Shown one piece after another: positions 25,829 through 37,900 of a stretch of DNA of 64,000 bases. How positions within the stretch are numbered: the stretch's first letter is position 1; every line of letters starts with the position of its first letter. Where the stretch lies: the NCBI GenBank assembly GCA_047967505.1, contig CM106538.1. One strand, written 5' to 3'. The translations under genes were made by a program, and so were the position numbers. A model generated the notes under the pieces. The model made no database searches. It was given only the letters and a program-made list of their open reading frames with translations, and was not told the DNA's origin. This DNA is from Dipteris shenzhenensis (Eukaryota).

Positions 25829-25838
25829 AATTTATAAG
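25829..25838 (-). promoter_or_regulatory. candidate TATA box of the minus-strand AP2/ERF gene
   Basis: Minus strand reads CTTATAAATT about 310 bp upstream of the ATG, ahead of a pyrimidine-rich leader. Confidence 0.5.
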
Positions 25839-26860
25839 GATTGAAGAGCTGAGGCTCTACGCTGTCTTGATTGCATGTATCACTTTGGTCCAACTGTCGA
25901 CAGTTGGATTTCTATTAAATCGAATCTCTCTCTCTCTCTACTCCGCGTAGTATCTCAACAAAAGGCTCCTTTTTGCCTAGTCCCTTTTTCTGCTCACAAA
26001 ACCTCACGTTTTTCAATACCCCTCTAACCGCGTACCAGCTCACCCTCTGTGGGTTTCCGTCTTGCCCTTCTACGAACCTTCCCATGAATCAAACTCGGCA
26101 TCCAATCCAAGGATTTGGCAAATACCTCACCCTCCCATTTGTGGGATTCCAATTTCCCACCCCCTTCCCTCTCTCTCTCTCCATCAACTCCTTGGGTCAC
26201 AAGAATATTAATCTTGACCGTTGGATTGAAGTGTCTTCGTAATCGTAATCGGAATCTGCCTCCACCCGATTTACCTGCTCGAATTTTACACATGGCATCC
26301 CCCCAAGCCTCTGACGACTAGGAAAAGTGGGGGCCTCCTTTCCCACTTAAAAAGTGTCTCACAGGCTCCCGCCCGCTTGCCATTTTTAAAGTTGGAATGG
26401 AGCCCCCCCCCACTCCTTATACACCCCTAACCTTCACTATACGATTTTATCTCAACGCAATCACATTAAACCACTTTCCCACAAGGAATGTGGCCCTCAA
26501 AAGATATCATCATGTGAGTAAAAAATCGCCGTCATCGCCGAGAAGTTACCATCCATCTGTTCATCTCAAAAGTCACCACCCTCCCTTCCCTCCCAAGAAA
26601 TCCCTTCCTTGGCCCATTCCCCTATACATTCCACCAACCCTCCATCAATCACGCCTCTACCATTGCCTTTGCCCTTTCCCCTCACTCAAATGCAAAAATT
26701 ATCTCCTTTTTGTATGCAAACCTCGACCACATTCACATAATATGCTTCTGAGTGAGTTGCAATGAGCTTATCCGCAATTACTCAAACTTATCCTCAATCA
26801 TCCTTCCTTTACTAGCACATACCTTGCTAAAGATAACACGTTAGTGCAAACTCCAATGCA

Positions 26861-27024
26861 TTTGATGTGATTCCTAATGTTTTCAAAATATTGTTTGATT
26901 AAATCTACTGACACTAAATTGTCAACTTAGAAAAAGTTTGATGTGATTCCCCAATGTTTTCAAAATTTAAAATATATTGTTTGATTAAATCTTCTGACAT
27001 TGAATTGTCAACTTAGAAAAAGTT
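26861..27024. repeat. tandem duplication, 2 x ~80 bp, followed by a long (CT)n
   Basis: tttgatgtgattcc...gtcaacttagaaaaagtt occurs twice. Confidence 0.9.
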
Positions 27025-27033
27025 GTAAATCGT

Positions 27034-27108
<75 letters not shown>

Positions 27109-27865
27109 TTCCCCCTTCTCCTTTCCTTGCCCCTTATGATTTTGTACCCTTGCTCTAACATGCCAATTGCCCCCTATATAATCCTCACTGACACGATGTA
27201 GTGCGCACAAGCATTTAGGCTTTCTTGTTCTAAACTATTGTGCCATTGTAATTTTGAGCTCACAAGTTATAATATGCATTGTATTTTAGGTTCTTATGTA
27301 CATACATAATCGCTTACCGGTCTTTATAGATGCATGTAGCATTGCTAGGATTCAATGCATAGAGTTAAGTTTTGAGTCATGTGACTATTTTTTCCTTCAC
27401 CCCAATATTATTTATGATTATCACCTTCATACATGTGTCTATACTATGTATGATTACCACCCCAATCGATATGGCTCCCACTCTCTCCTATCTATTTCTT
27501 AATCTTATCTCTTTATCAACAATCAAATCATGCATCATAGATTTAGGATGGGTACTCATCAATGCAAGATCACATTCTTTAAGCCATTAAAAAGTTTAAT
27601 TTAGTAGACACATCACAAAGAACAAAGGCACCTTACTCTATTGTATGCAAAATATCTCATTGAACTTAGATTTGGTAAAGTATCGCTTGTATGTTTGGTG
27701 TTACTCTAATATACACACATGGCACTTAGATTCCTTTCGCATCGGGGGCGCGGTAGCATCGAGTTGGAGATGCGGGGCGCGACAGCATTCGGGGCGCTAT
27801 TAGAGCCTAGGTGGCTCTAAGGATCGAAGAATAGAAGAGAGGCGAGGGCTTCAACAGCATACGGA

Positions 27866-30300
27866 GTGATGGCAACAAGAAGCAGCTCAACAGGAAGTGG
27901 TTCGAGTTCAACAGTTGCTGCTGCACCAACAATCCAGGCGTTAAGGATTTGCCCACCAGCCTTCACCGAAGGCAAGCTAAATGGTACGAACTACACTCTG
28001 TGGAAGTTTAAAATTACTGTTATTCTGGATCCATATGAGCTTCTGGAGACAGTACTGGGGACTGGCCTAGAACCACAAGGAGCCCCCGACCCATCAAATC
28101 CAGGGAGTACGATACCTCCTAATGCCGACCTTCTACGAGCTTTAAAACGTAGGAACGTAGATGCTCTGTGTGCCCTAGTTACAAGTACTACTGATAGTGT
28201 TTTGACCTTGATTCACTAAGGCAATTGTGGCCTGGAACATATTGAAGAGTCAGTATGAGACGCGCAATCAGACAAGGATCCAAAACCTGGAGAATTAGCT
28301 CGCACCTAAGAAGTTTAATGAAGGAGAGACAGTGGAGGTGTTCATAACCCGAATCAAAAATATGCGTGACCAGATGGTTGGTGCTGGGATACAAAAGACT
28401 AGTGAAGAGCTAGCTTAGCGGTGTCTCTGGATATGTCCACCAAGGTTTGATGGACTAGTAACAGCGCTTAACACTCAGGTGAGACCCCAACCATTGTCAT
28501 TTGAGGAGCTCTGTGCTTTACTTATGGAGGAGGAATTGAGGCTTAAAGCTCGAGATGGAGGTGGCAATGGGGATGCTGCATTCTCTGCCACTGCGAAAGG
28601 CAAAGGTGGTTCCTCCACCAAACTATATTGTTCCATGCAGCCTCTACAGGAACCCATCACCGTGACGGTTGGAAAAAATGCAAAATGCCTTGTTGAGGGT
28701 ACAGGTACGGTTTCATTTATTTCTATAAATGGAGATGTTAAGAAACTATCTAATGTGATGTATGTTCCATAAATCAATAGAAATTTGCTATCAGTTGCTT
28801 CCATAACTGACCTTGACCAATGAGGTGAGGCTCAACAAGACAGGAGCAAAAATTCTGGATAGTGCTGGCAATCTTGTTGGCACAGGAGTAAGGAGGAACA
28901 ACTTCTATGAGCTAAGTGCTCTTACAACCACCGCTGGAGTGGGCATAAGCAGACTTTGGCATGAAAGATTCAGCCACATCAGATTTGCAGTGCTGAAGGA
29001 GATGCAAAAGCAAGGTATGATTGCTGACTTACCTGCAGTAGCAGAAATCAAAGAATCGTGTGAAGCTTGCATGATGGGCAAGCAACAGAGAAAGGCATTT
29101 CCACAAGAAAGCAAGAATAGAGCAAATGCTCCAATAGAGTTGGTGCATGTTGACTTGTGCGGTAAGATGCCTACACAAGCCTTGGGGGGATCTTCCTATT
29201 TTTTATTGATCGTCGCCGACTATAGCATGAAGATGTGGGTGTAAAGCTTCATGAAAAGGCTCAAACTTTTGGTAAATTGAAAGAATGTTTCTCTTTAGGT
29301 TTAGGTATCTTCTCTTGGATCAGTCAGAGATAACCAACAGTGGCATTGTCTTCTACCAAGGCTGAGTACAAGGTAGCATGTTTTGCTACTTGTGAAGCAG
29401 TGTGGCTGAGGAGGATCTTATGGCACATGGGAGTGCAAGAGGATGAGGCAATTGTGCTGAGGCGCGACAATCAAAGTTGCTTGGCCATTGCTAAAAATCC
29501 AGTATTTCATGCGCGCACAAAACATATAGAGATTCAATATCACTATGTGTGTGATTTGATTGAGGACGGGATAGTGGAATCGGTCTACTGTCCAACAGAG
29601 CAAAATGGAGCAAATATCTTCACCAAGGCACTCGGGAAGGATCAGCTTCATGGTCATCTTCAGAGACTCGGCATTGGGCCGAGTAGGTAGTTCACCTACG
29701 GGTGGACATTGAGGGGGGGTGTTAGATATGCTCAATGCCCCACCCTCCTGGTAACCACCAGTGGTCCAAGGTGCTCAAGTTGTAAGGCCCCCATATGAGG
29801 AGAAGCCATGTGAGCCTGGGACACTAGATGGATCCTGACTTGCATGTCAGATGAGGTCTATCAATGAGACCGCGTTCATGGTAGAAAGGTGATTGTGTGG
29901 GAACCTTTTATTCTTGCTGGGGCGAGAGCCCCCGAGGCGATGGTATAGGGAATATTCTTGAATATTCCATGGACGACTAGGTTGACTGGTCGGCTTCACC
30001 GACTAGGTTGACTGGTCAATTCCATCGACTACGTTGATCAGACTACCGCCCTCATAGCTATAAAGAGGTGACCTCCCCAGTCCATTGTACCAGATCAGAT
30101 CTTCAAGCAGAGATCTTCCAGCTAGTAGCTCTTCACCTAGTATCTATCCAGATCGCCATCTAAGCTCCACTGTGGGAGCGCACTGGTGGACGGAGCCATC
30201 ATCTTTATTACATCAGTATTGAAGCAAAATTTTGTTCATCTCTAGTTTGCTGTGTACTCTCTATTCTTTGTTCAATTTCTGTTCTGTTGTGCCGTGTAAT
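27866..30300 (+). mobile_element. degenerate Ty1/copia element with internal deletion and 3' LTR
   Basis: Gag (KLNGTNYTLWKFK), protease-region remnant, LWHERFSH/CEAC/VHVDLCG, then a jump directly to RNase H (ALSSTKAEY, KHIEIQYHYV). PPT gagggggg|tgttag at ~29711-29719. Confidence 0.9.
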
Positions 30301-31260
30301 TTAACAGGCCAAACATATGGAAGTCTCCCCCCTCTGTCCCCTATGTGCTTTTTGTACTATGGAACACTTCACCATCTGTTTTGTCACTGCAATGCCTCAC
30401 GATCGGCATGGAAGAACAAAGAAGGCTATTCGGGCCTTTGTTTTGATGAGCAAGTTTTGCCTAGGTGGTGACACACGGTTTATCTTCACAGGTGACGCCT
30501 CCCCTTTACACTGGCGGCATGTCGGTAGTACATCCGCGGTCATGATTGCGATCTGGGAGGTTCGTAACTCGGTGGTATTCCGTAGCCAGCCTGGTTCCGT
30601 ATGCAGAGAAACGTGGTTCATTAACTCTATCAGAAATGGTCTTCACGAGCAATGCTTACTGAGAAGCATCTTCCGAATCAGTATTGGGCAGAAGCAATAG
30701 CCACTGCAAACTACTCGTTAATCGACTTCCTACTGAACCAATTCAGGGTATGACACCTTATGAAGCATTCACTGGACATAAGCCACACATTGGGCATCTC
30801 CACATATTTGGTTGCATAGCATATGCCCACGTACATGATGATCATCATAGGAAATTGGATGCGAAGTCATGCAAATGCGTCATGGTTGGCTACAGTGAAG
30901 AAAGCAAAGGATACAAGTTGTATGATCCCATTAACCGCAAGGTCATTATCTCTAGAGATGTAATCTTTGATGAGGAATCAAAATGGAAAACCTCAAACAG
31001 CCGATTTCACAGTCATCTACAAAAATGGTTGATGAAGAAGAGCAAGAATTTTGGGGTGGGTCTTGAGTAACTCGGACCCGGTGGTGAGTAGATCTCTTTT
31101 GGTGGTAAGAAAATATCTAGACTCTTAGCTTTTTTTTGCTTACAGCATTGGCTGGGGGTAGGTCGCCCACTGTGTTAGCCCAATTTTGTATTAGGTCCTT
31201 TTTTGAAGGCTTGACTAGCCTCCTTTAATACATATGGCGCTTTTTGTTTATTAAAAAAAA
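30300..31260 (+). mobile_element. 5'-truncated LINE (L1-type) 3' end with zf-RVT remnant and A-tail, interrupted by a copia fragment
   Basis: CPLC..HHLFCHC..IWEVRNSVVF motif; T-rich 3' UTR ending ttattaaaaaaaa at 31260. Confidence 0.65.
30645..31051 (+). mobile_element. isolated ~400-bp copia integrase C-terminal fragment, same family as the element at 54.3-57.4 kb
   Basis: Closely similar to 56454-56873 (gagaagcatcttccgaat...gatgaagaagag); encodes TPYEAFTGHKP..FGCIAYAH..KLD.KS..ISRDVIFDE. Confidence 0.9.
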
Positions 31261-31321
31261 GCAATTATCTCAAGCTAAAAAATGAAGCTCATTAAAACGA
31301 GACCATTTATAATTTAAAGTC

Positions 31322-31595
31322 AGCCATGTGTTAATTAGAGCATTATAATTATAATTGCACATTATAATTACACACTTGGTAGGCTGGTTGTGAAGACCCA
31401 TTCTCAAAATCTTCAAAAAGCCATGTGTTAATTAGAGCATTATAATTATAATTGCACATTATAATTACACACTTGGTAGGGTGGTTGTGAAGACCCATTC
31501 TCAAAATCTTCAAAAAGGGGGATTGACTCTTGAGTTCATATTATCACAATAAATGTTAACATTGTGAAGACCCATTGTCAAAATCTACAAAAAGC
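31322..31595. repeat. near-perfect 97-bp tandem duplication plus a partial third copy
   Basis: agccatgtgttaattagagcattataattataattgcac...cttcaaaa at 31322 and 31419; tgtgaagacccatt again at ~31564. Confidence 0.93.
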
Positions 31596-31683
31596 TATGG
31601 ACTTGACTCGTACATTACATTAGACGATGGAGTTGACGCTTACACTACATTAAATGGTTATCCGCAATAAAAGAAGACTAAAG

Positions 31684-31757
31684 TGGCCTATGCAGGTTTC
31701 GAACCTGCGACCTTCGCGTTATTAGCACGACGCTCTAACCAACTGAGCTAATAGGCC
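31684..31757 (-). tRNA. tRNA-Ile(AAT), nuclear type
   Basis: Reverse complement GGCCTATTAGCTCAGTTGGTTAGAGCGTCGTGCTAATAACGCGAAGGTCGCAGGTTCGAAACCTGCATAGGCCA: complete cloverleaf, A and B boxes, anticodon AAT, no encoded CCA, T4 run shortly downstream. Confidence 0.97.
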
Positions 31758-32101
31758 TTCGCATCCCTCCGAGTGTGAACTAAAAAAATTAAAGTAAAAA
31801 AAAAAATAGAAATTCGGAACCTTCGCCAGCGGATACGGGTATCGATAGCCGCAGTCGACGTAATACGCGCATCCGTCAGCTGCAATCGGACTTACGTTTC
31901 ATCAGTGCTTACGTTTCAGCTCCGCTGAGAAACGGCAGCTCAGTCATCAGCTCACGTAATACACTAGTCTTCCACCCCTACGGAAAAGGTTTCGTTCGCA
32001 TATCCATCAAACCATTAAGGATGCGTGGATTCTTGGACCACCCCTCTCTTTGGTCAGACTACCCCATATTCCAACGACCTTTAAAAGCAATTGTGCTCAT
32101 G

Positions 32102-32568
32102 GCCTTTGTGCTCGTGAAGGCGTACTCGTAAAGGGGTACTTGCAACTACATGCCAATTCTGACGACATAAATTGTTTCAAGCATTTCCTACAAAAGGTGT
32201 TTGAGCTTGAGTTTGTACGTTTGCATACGAATGACTCCATTCAGTCAACTTAAAAGATAAGGAGTCGGATGTATCTATATTCCCTTGGTAAGCTAGTGGT
32301 TTTGGTCATACTCTTTTATAGTTGACTCCAAAAAGCCCTTTGTGTTCGTGAAGGGGTACTCGTGAAGGGGTACTTGCAACTAGATGCCAATTCTGACGAC
32401 ATAAATTGTTTCAAGCATATCCTACAAAAGGTGTTTAAGCTTGAGTTTGTACGTTTGCATATGAATGACTCCATTCAGTCAACTTAAAAGATAAGGAGTC
32501 GGATGTATCTATATTCCCTTGGTAAGCTAGTGGTTTTGGTCATACTCTTTTATAGTTGACTCCAAAAA
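32102..32568. repeat. near-identical tandem duplication, 2 x ~234 bp
   Basis: ctttgtg.tcgtgaagg...tatagttgactccaaaaa occurs twice with few substitutions. Confidence 0.93.
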
Positions 32569-33009
32569 TAGGCGACACCCACAAGGACAACATGAATAAT
32601 ATGATATTTTTCAAATCAAGCTAAACAACTAAAGATCATAACCATAAGAATTAACTAAGCAAATTAACTTTTGGCGTAGTTTTATTTTATATAAAACTTC
32701 CCTTAATATAAATTTGGCATCTCATGCTAGTACTGAGATTGGCATTCCCAAGCTAATCTTGACTTGGAACATGTGATTTTGACCCAAGGTGTTCACTATC
32801 TAACAAGCCCATATAGCATGTGCATTCAAGGGGTATAAGAAATCCCCTACTTATGGATTTTGATGACTTATATTCACACCCAAAATTAAAACCCCCTTAT
32901 GTACTGTGTATAATTTCTATTAATGCCCAAGAACATAAAGCCTTTTCTATTGGACGCATGTGCTATCTTACACATTTCTCTTGAAGAGATTTGGCTCTCT
33001 CTAGTGTTT

Positions 33010-34520
33010 CTAGCCTTGTAGCCTCAACCATCTTTCATTCAGCTCGCGCCTTGTCCAATAGCTGTTGTTGTGGTTTCTTGAAAGACAAGCCACTTGTGCA
33101 TTTAAAGCTTGTTGGCTAGAAAACTCCATTTTTTTTGTTAGGATAGTTTTGGGCATCTGGGCCATGGAGAGTAAGGCATCCATATACCATGCCTCGAGCT
33201 TCAAGTTTTTCATGTTTGTTTCCAAGAGATGGGTGTATCTCTCAAGGGCGGAAGAGTCAACGGAGGTGTAATGTGAGGAAGGGCTTCCATTCGGGCCAGC
33301 CACCTATCTCCTATCGATTGTTGTTGTTGCTTCCACTGTTGGGCCTCTGCTTTTTGTTGCTACTTCTGCTTTGTGTTGGCCATGGCAATGATGAGTTTTT
33401 CGATGGAGATGTTGATGGCTGGGCCTTCAATTCCTTGGCTTGCACTTGATAGGGGAGGCAGGGCTTTAGAAGTCATGGAAGAAGTCATTAAGAGGACTTG
33501 ATTTAAGGGGTTACCTCTCCGTGGTTTTGGTTGTGTCGCTCTATGCATGTTCCCTTTCCTTATGTTTTTGAGCCTCATCTCCTACCTTTCAAAGAACTTT
33601 TTTCTTGCTTCGTTGGCCGCTTGTAGCTTAGCATGGATCACGGCTTGGGTTTCTTGAGGCGGGTGGTTAAACTCTCCTTCAATCTTTTCTTCAGAGAAGG
33701 GGTTGGGTTCATTGGGGGGTAGTTTATGCCATTGCTGGAACTAACAACAGGGAGCTATGCTTTGGTGCATCATTGTAGGTGGTTGCGAGAAGCGAAAGTC
33801 TAGCCACATGCACAATGATTGACATGAAAGCATTGGGCTGTCAATTTTATATTGGTTGTGGCCACAGATGTTGTGGAGCTCGTCATAAAATACTCTAGCC
33901 AGTTGGTATTTTGGGCAGGTATAGTCAGAGTAGAAGATTGAGCTTTAGAGAATTGTGGTGATGTGTGAAGGCAACCTGTGTGAGGAGATTGACCACCCTT
34001 GTGGCCTTGGCGTTTGATGTGGTTCTGGATCTGCTCTATTGGCACACTGCCCCTATATTTCTTTGTTGAGTATTTCACTAGACCCATTAATTGCTTCTCC
34101 ATTTGATGCAGCTTCACAAGCGATACTGTGAGGACTGATAGACAAAAGGCCAAGTGAATGATATCACCACTGTAAGTTAATAATATCACACACTTTCGGC
34201 TTCATCTTCCCAGGAGGTAGTGCTAGTGGTGTCATTGATGTTGGCCATGAACTGGTCTACCATCTTGATTTAGGTAGCAAGGGAGGAGGTCCACAATTGG
34301 TTGTAGGCCCATATCTTGGATGTAGGGAGTCATCTTGAGGTCTCTGAGGGCCTTATAACCGGCACCATTATGGTAGTACAACCAAAAATCATTGTTGCCA
34401 CAGCAGAAGTGAGAGTGAATAACAACTGCCCCAAGCATGTGTAGCCACTTGGGACCAAGGGGCGAGAAGTTGGTAATCTGAATCTCATGCTCAGTGTAGG
34501 GCTCAATGGTCTCTGCATCT
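33010..34520 (-). pseudogene. degenerate ORF, probably a retrotransposon/transposon accessory gene
   Basis: Chain of minus-strand ORF fragments (…IQDMGLQPIVDLLPCYLN…, charged coiled-coil C-terminus) in CpG-poor DNA. No firm domain recognised. Confidence 0.3.
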
Positions 34521-34814
34521 ATGATGTAGTGCTTCTTATTGAGCTTGAGGGGGAGATTGTAGATGCATAGTTATGTGTATGTGTGTGAATGTGGGTAATG
34601 AGGATGATTGGACTTCTTTAAAGTAGGAGTGTGAATGGTCTTAAGGACCTCTACATATGTCAGTAAAGAGTATGGGATGTTATGGATTTTGAGCATCTGC
34701 CTGTAATATGAAGGTAGATTTCATGAGCATCCTCTCCCCTTGGGTGTTATGTATCTATTTCTCTTTTTGCATCCATACAAGGTACCCAAACACCCACAAC
34801 CTTGATTTCATTTA

Positions 34815-34975
34815 CTAGGTTATAGGTGAAAATACAAAGTCGCCACAACAGAGTTGCAGGTCTTAGGTGAAAATAGCACGCCCCTAATGGTTGTATAGGG
34901 TATAGGTGAAAATAGAGAGTCGCCACAACAAAGTTTCGAGTCTTAAGTGAAAATAGCACCCCAATGGTTGTATGT
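34815..34975. repeat. 2 x ~78-bp tandem repeat with internal aggtgaaaata subrepeats
   Basis: tataggtgaaaata..agtcgccacaaca..gtctta.gtgaaaatagcac..aatggttgtat occurs twice. Confidence 0.85.
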
Positions 34976-37900
34976 CAAACTCAGGCACTACATGCCCATA
35001 TCAAGTGAGTCGGCACCTCATGAGTCAACTTAGGTGACTAGGGTACAAGATGATGCACAATTCAAGTTTTACGGTCCCTAGGTCATCCCTACCACACCCA
35101 ATCTCAGGTATGTTGTGTAAGCTAAGAAAAATCAGTCGGTAGTGCCATCAGGCCTTCCAAATGCACTCACAAGTCGAGTGAAATCTAGGAAGCTCCAAGT
35201 TCTATTCAAACCTTGAACAGGCTAGAAAAATGAACTCATTGCATTAAGGGTTGACGTAGTGATGACTAGTAAAGCGATTGACTAATAATGCAGTAACCCA
35301 CCGTGATAAATTATAGCTTGCAACGATATAACGGAACGACTGAGGCACCACAATGACACAGGTAGCATAGTGACTAGCTACATTCAATGCTAATGCAATG
35401 ATGCAAGTCTAACAGCAACGCCCCTGCTATAACAATGCTGACTCGCTATGTTATTATAGTAGCGGTGACATGAGGAAATAATGTTAATACAACGACACAA
35501 CTTTTACAGCAATGCTAGCCACTTTTATAACAACATTGACCCATTACATTTAATGGACCACAATGCGCCTTAAAAAACATGAGATGGATGTTTTGTCAAT
35601 GCAATCAAGTCAAATGCAACATAGAAGTGGAAGTGGAGGCGGCAAGCGTGAGAACTTAAAAGCCTCTATAGGATATATGTGGACTTTTTAAATTTCATGT
35701 GCTCCCTTGACAACGTTAAAAGTCCATTCTTTTGGAGGTTTCTTGTTTGGATCGGTCGTCTTCCAAAACTGCCGGCGTTTCTACGGAGTCTCGAATCTGC
35801 CTTTGCCTTGATTCACGTACTTCACGACATTGAGATCCATTCACGAAGTTTTAAACCAACTTCCCATCGTTCAATCGCAGTCGCAATCGCAAGACATGCC
35901 TCTGTGTACATGATGAGAGATGCCGCAAGGAATGCTTGCATTTGCAAATGACCAGCTGGGCTCCTCATCATCCGATCTCCCACTACCGTCTCATGGTTGA
36001 CAATTTGCGATCATCTAGATTCTGGCCCCTGGGTTCACAATCCCACGCCTCACTTTGCAAGTTTGACCCTCAACGTAGACTTTGTTCTCCCAAGCGTCGC
36101 ACCGTGCACGTTCTGGTTTTGTAGAAACTATTCATGTAAAGCAACCGAATATTTCCTTTTCCAGAAATTGTAATCGCGTATTTCTGGGTTATGTTCTCCG
36201 CTTGATGCCCTGAATATATTTGCCGTTTGACCCGGACTACGAAAGGAAATTTGCTTCTCTTTTGCTTTGCAAGACAACCTTCCAAGGCATGGAAGTCAGC
36301 TGGCACAGAAATTGACAATAAAATACAAATTTCCAATAACAAAAGACTACATGAGTAAATTGGGAGAATAAAGCACGTGACAGTAAAATACATACCCGAG
36401 AGAGGAAGATGAATGAAAAGAGAGGGGGAAGGGCTGTCAAGGACCATGGAATGGAACCCACTCTCATACATTTTAAAACCTTAACCTTACATGCTATCTA
36501 AACCACTTTTAATAGGGTCACCTTGACTAAATATTCCATAGTCCTTGATTAGCAAACATGCTAGCATGAATCTATAGCCCTTATGGGGACAACAAGGTGG
36601 CAAAACCACTATAGCCCTTCTTTTTGATGAAGCAAAAGAAGGGCTAGTGGTTTTGCCACCTTGTTCTCCCCAGAAGGCCGCATTGGTCTAAAGGGCCTTC
36701 CAAAGGGTTATAGTGGTTGTTCCAGCTTGTTGTCCCCAAAAGGCTATTAGCCAGCTAACTGAACACTTTAAAGTCATTTAAAACACAACCTCCTTACACA
36801 TTTAAACATGGAAAACCCTTTAGACCCAAAACCAATCATCTCCCCATAGTCCCTTACCAGTGCCAAAAGATACTAGCATATGCATTCTCTGTCTGGTTGT
36901 TTCAATTAGCATCATTTTCTTCTAAAGTAATGGACATATGTAGTTGATTCTTCTCATGTATATGCATCTCTTCTCATTTGACTAGAGCAAGTATCTCTCA
37001 CCTCTTGATTTTATGGTTACAAAAGTAAAGGATTAGTCACAAAAAATTTGAGCTAGCATGCTCTTTGGAAGATACAGTAGTGATATGCTTATAAGGTCAA
37101 AATAGTACTTTGGGGGAGGGAGTCACTTACAGGAGGGAGTCATAAAAAGGATTTTGGGGAAAAAAATACAAATTATATGGAAAAAGGGTGCCTTTTATTA
37201 TAACACATGGGTTTTATTATAAGCCTTGAACGCACATGATATATAAGGCTTATACATAGTGACCCCCCCCCCTCCTAATTGCCCCCTCTCCCAAACACTA
37301 CAACTATTTACATGAGTTTAAAAAATTTAAAGGCCTTGGGACATAGTAAATGCTTTATATTATGTTTAGTTCACTATACTTATTGGGCTCAATTTTTTTT
37401 GGTTCAATACATAAAAATTAGGGTAAGGGGAACATTCAATTATATGAAAATGATTGAGGTACTTAGGGCTCTCCTAAGTAAGACAAACAATGATTGAATA
37501 CCGAACTGATTGCAAGAATGTGAAATTAATGGTGATAAAATTGCAATTACATGGCTGGTGGGTCCAACTTGAGTCCAACAATCAAGATGTTCAAATGTAT
37601 CTATGTGCGGCTCTGTGTGTGTGTGTGTGGGGGGGGGGGCTTGGTCTCTTTAGCTTCATTCTTCTAAAATACAAGGAAAATATGGTCTCTTCACCTTGAT
37701 CACAAATCTCAAGCTCACTCCCTCTACAAGACAAGGTGCCCACTAAGGAATATGTAAGATAGTGCATGCAATAAAATTAGATGGGACTTACACATTTTAC
37801 ATAAAATTATACTTATAAAAGGTATTTTTAAATGAGATTTTAGCCCTCTCTCTTTTAATATTAATAGCTTCATAAAAAATTTAGAGGTGCAATCTCTTGC

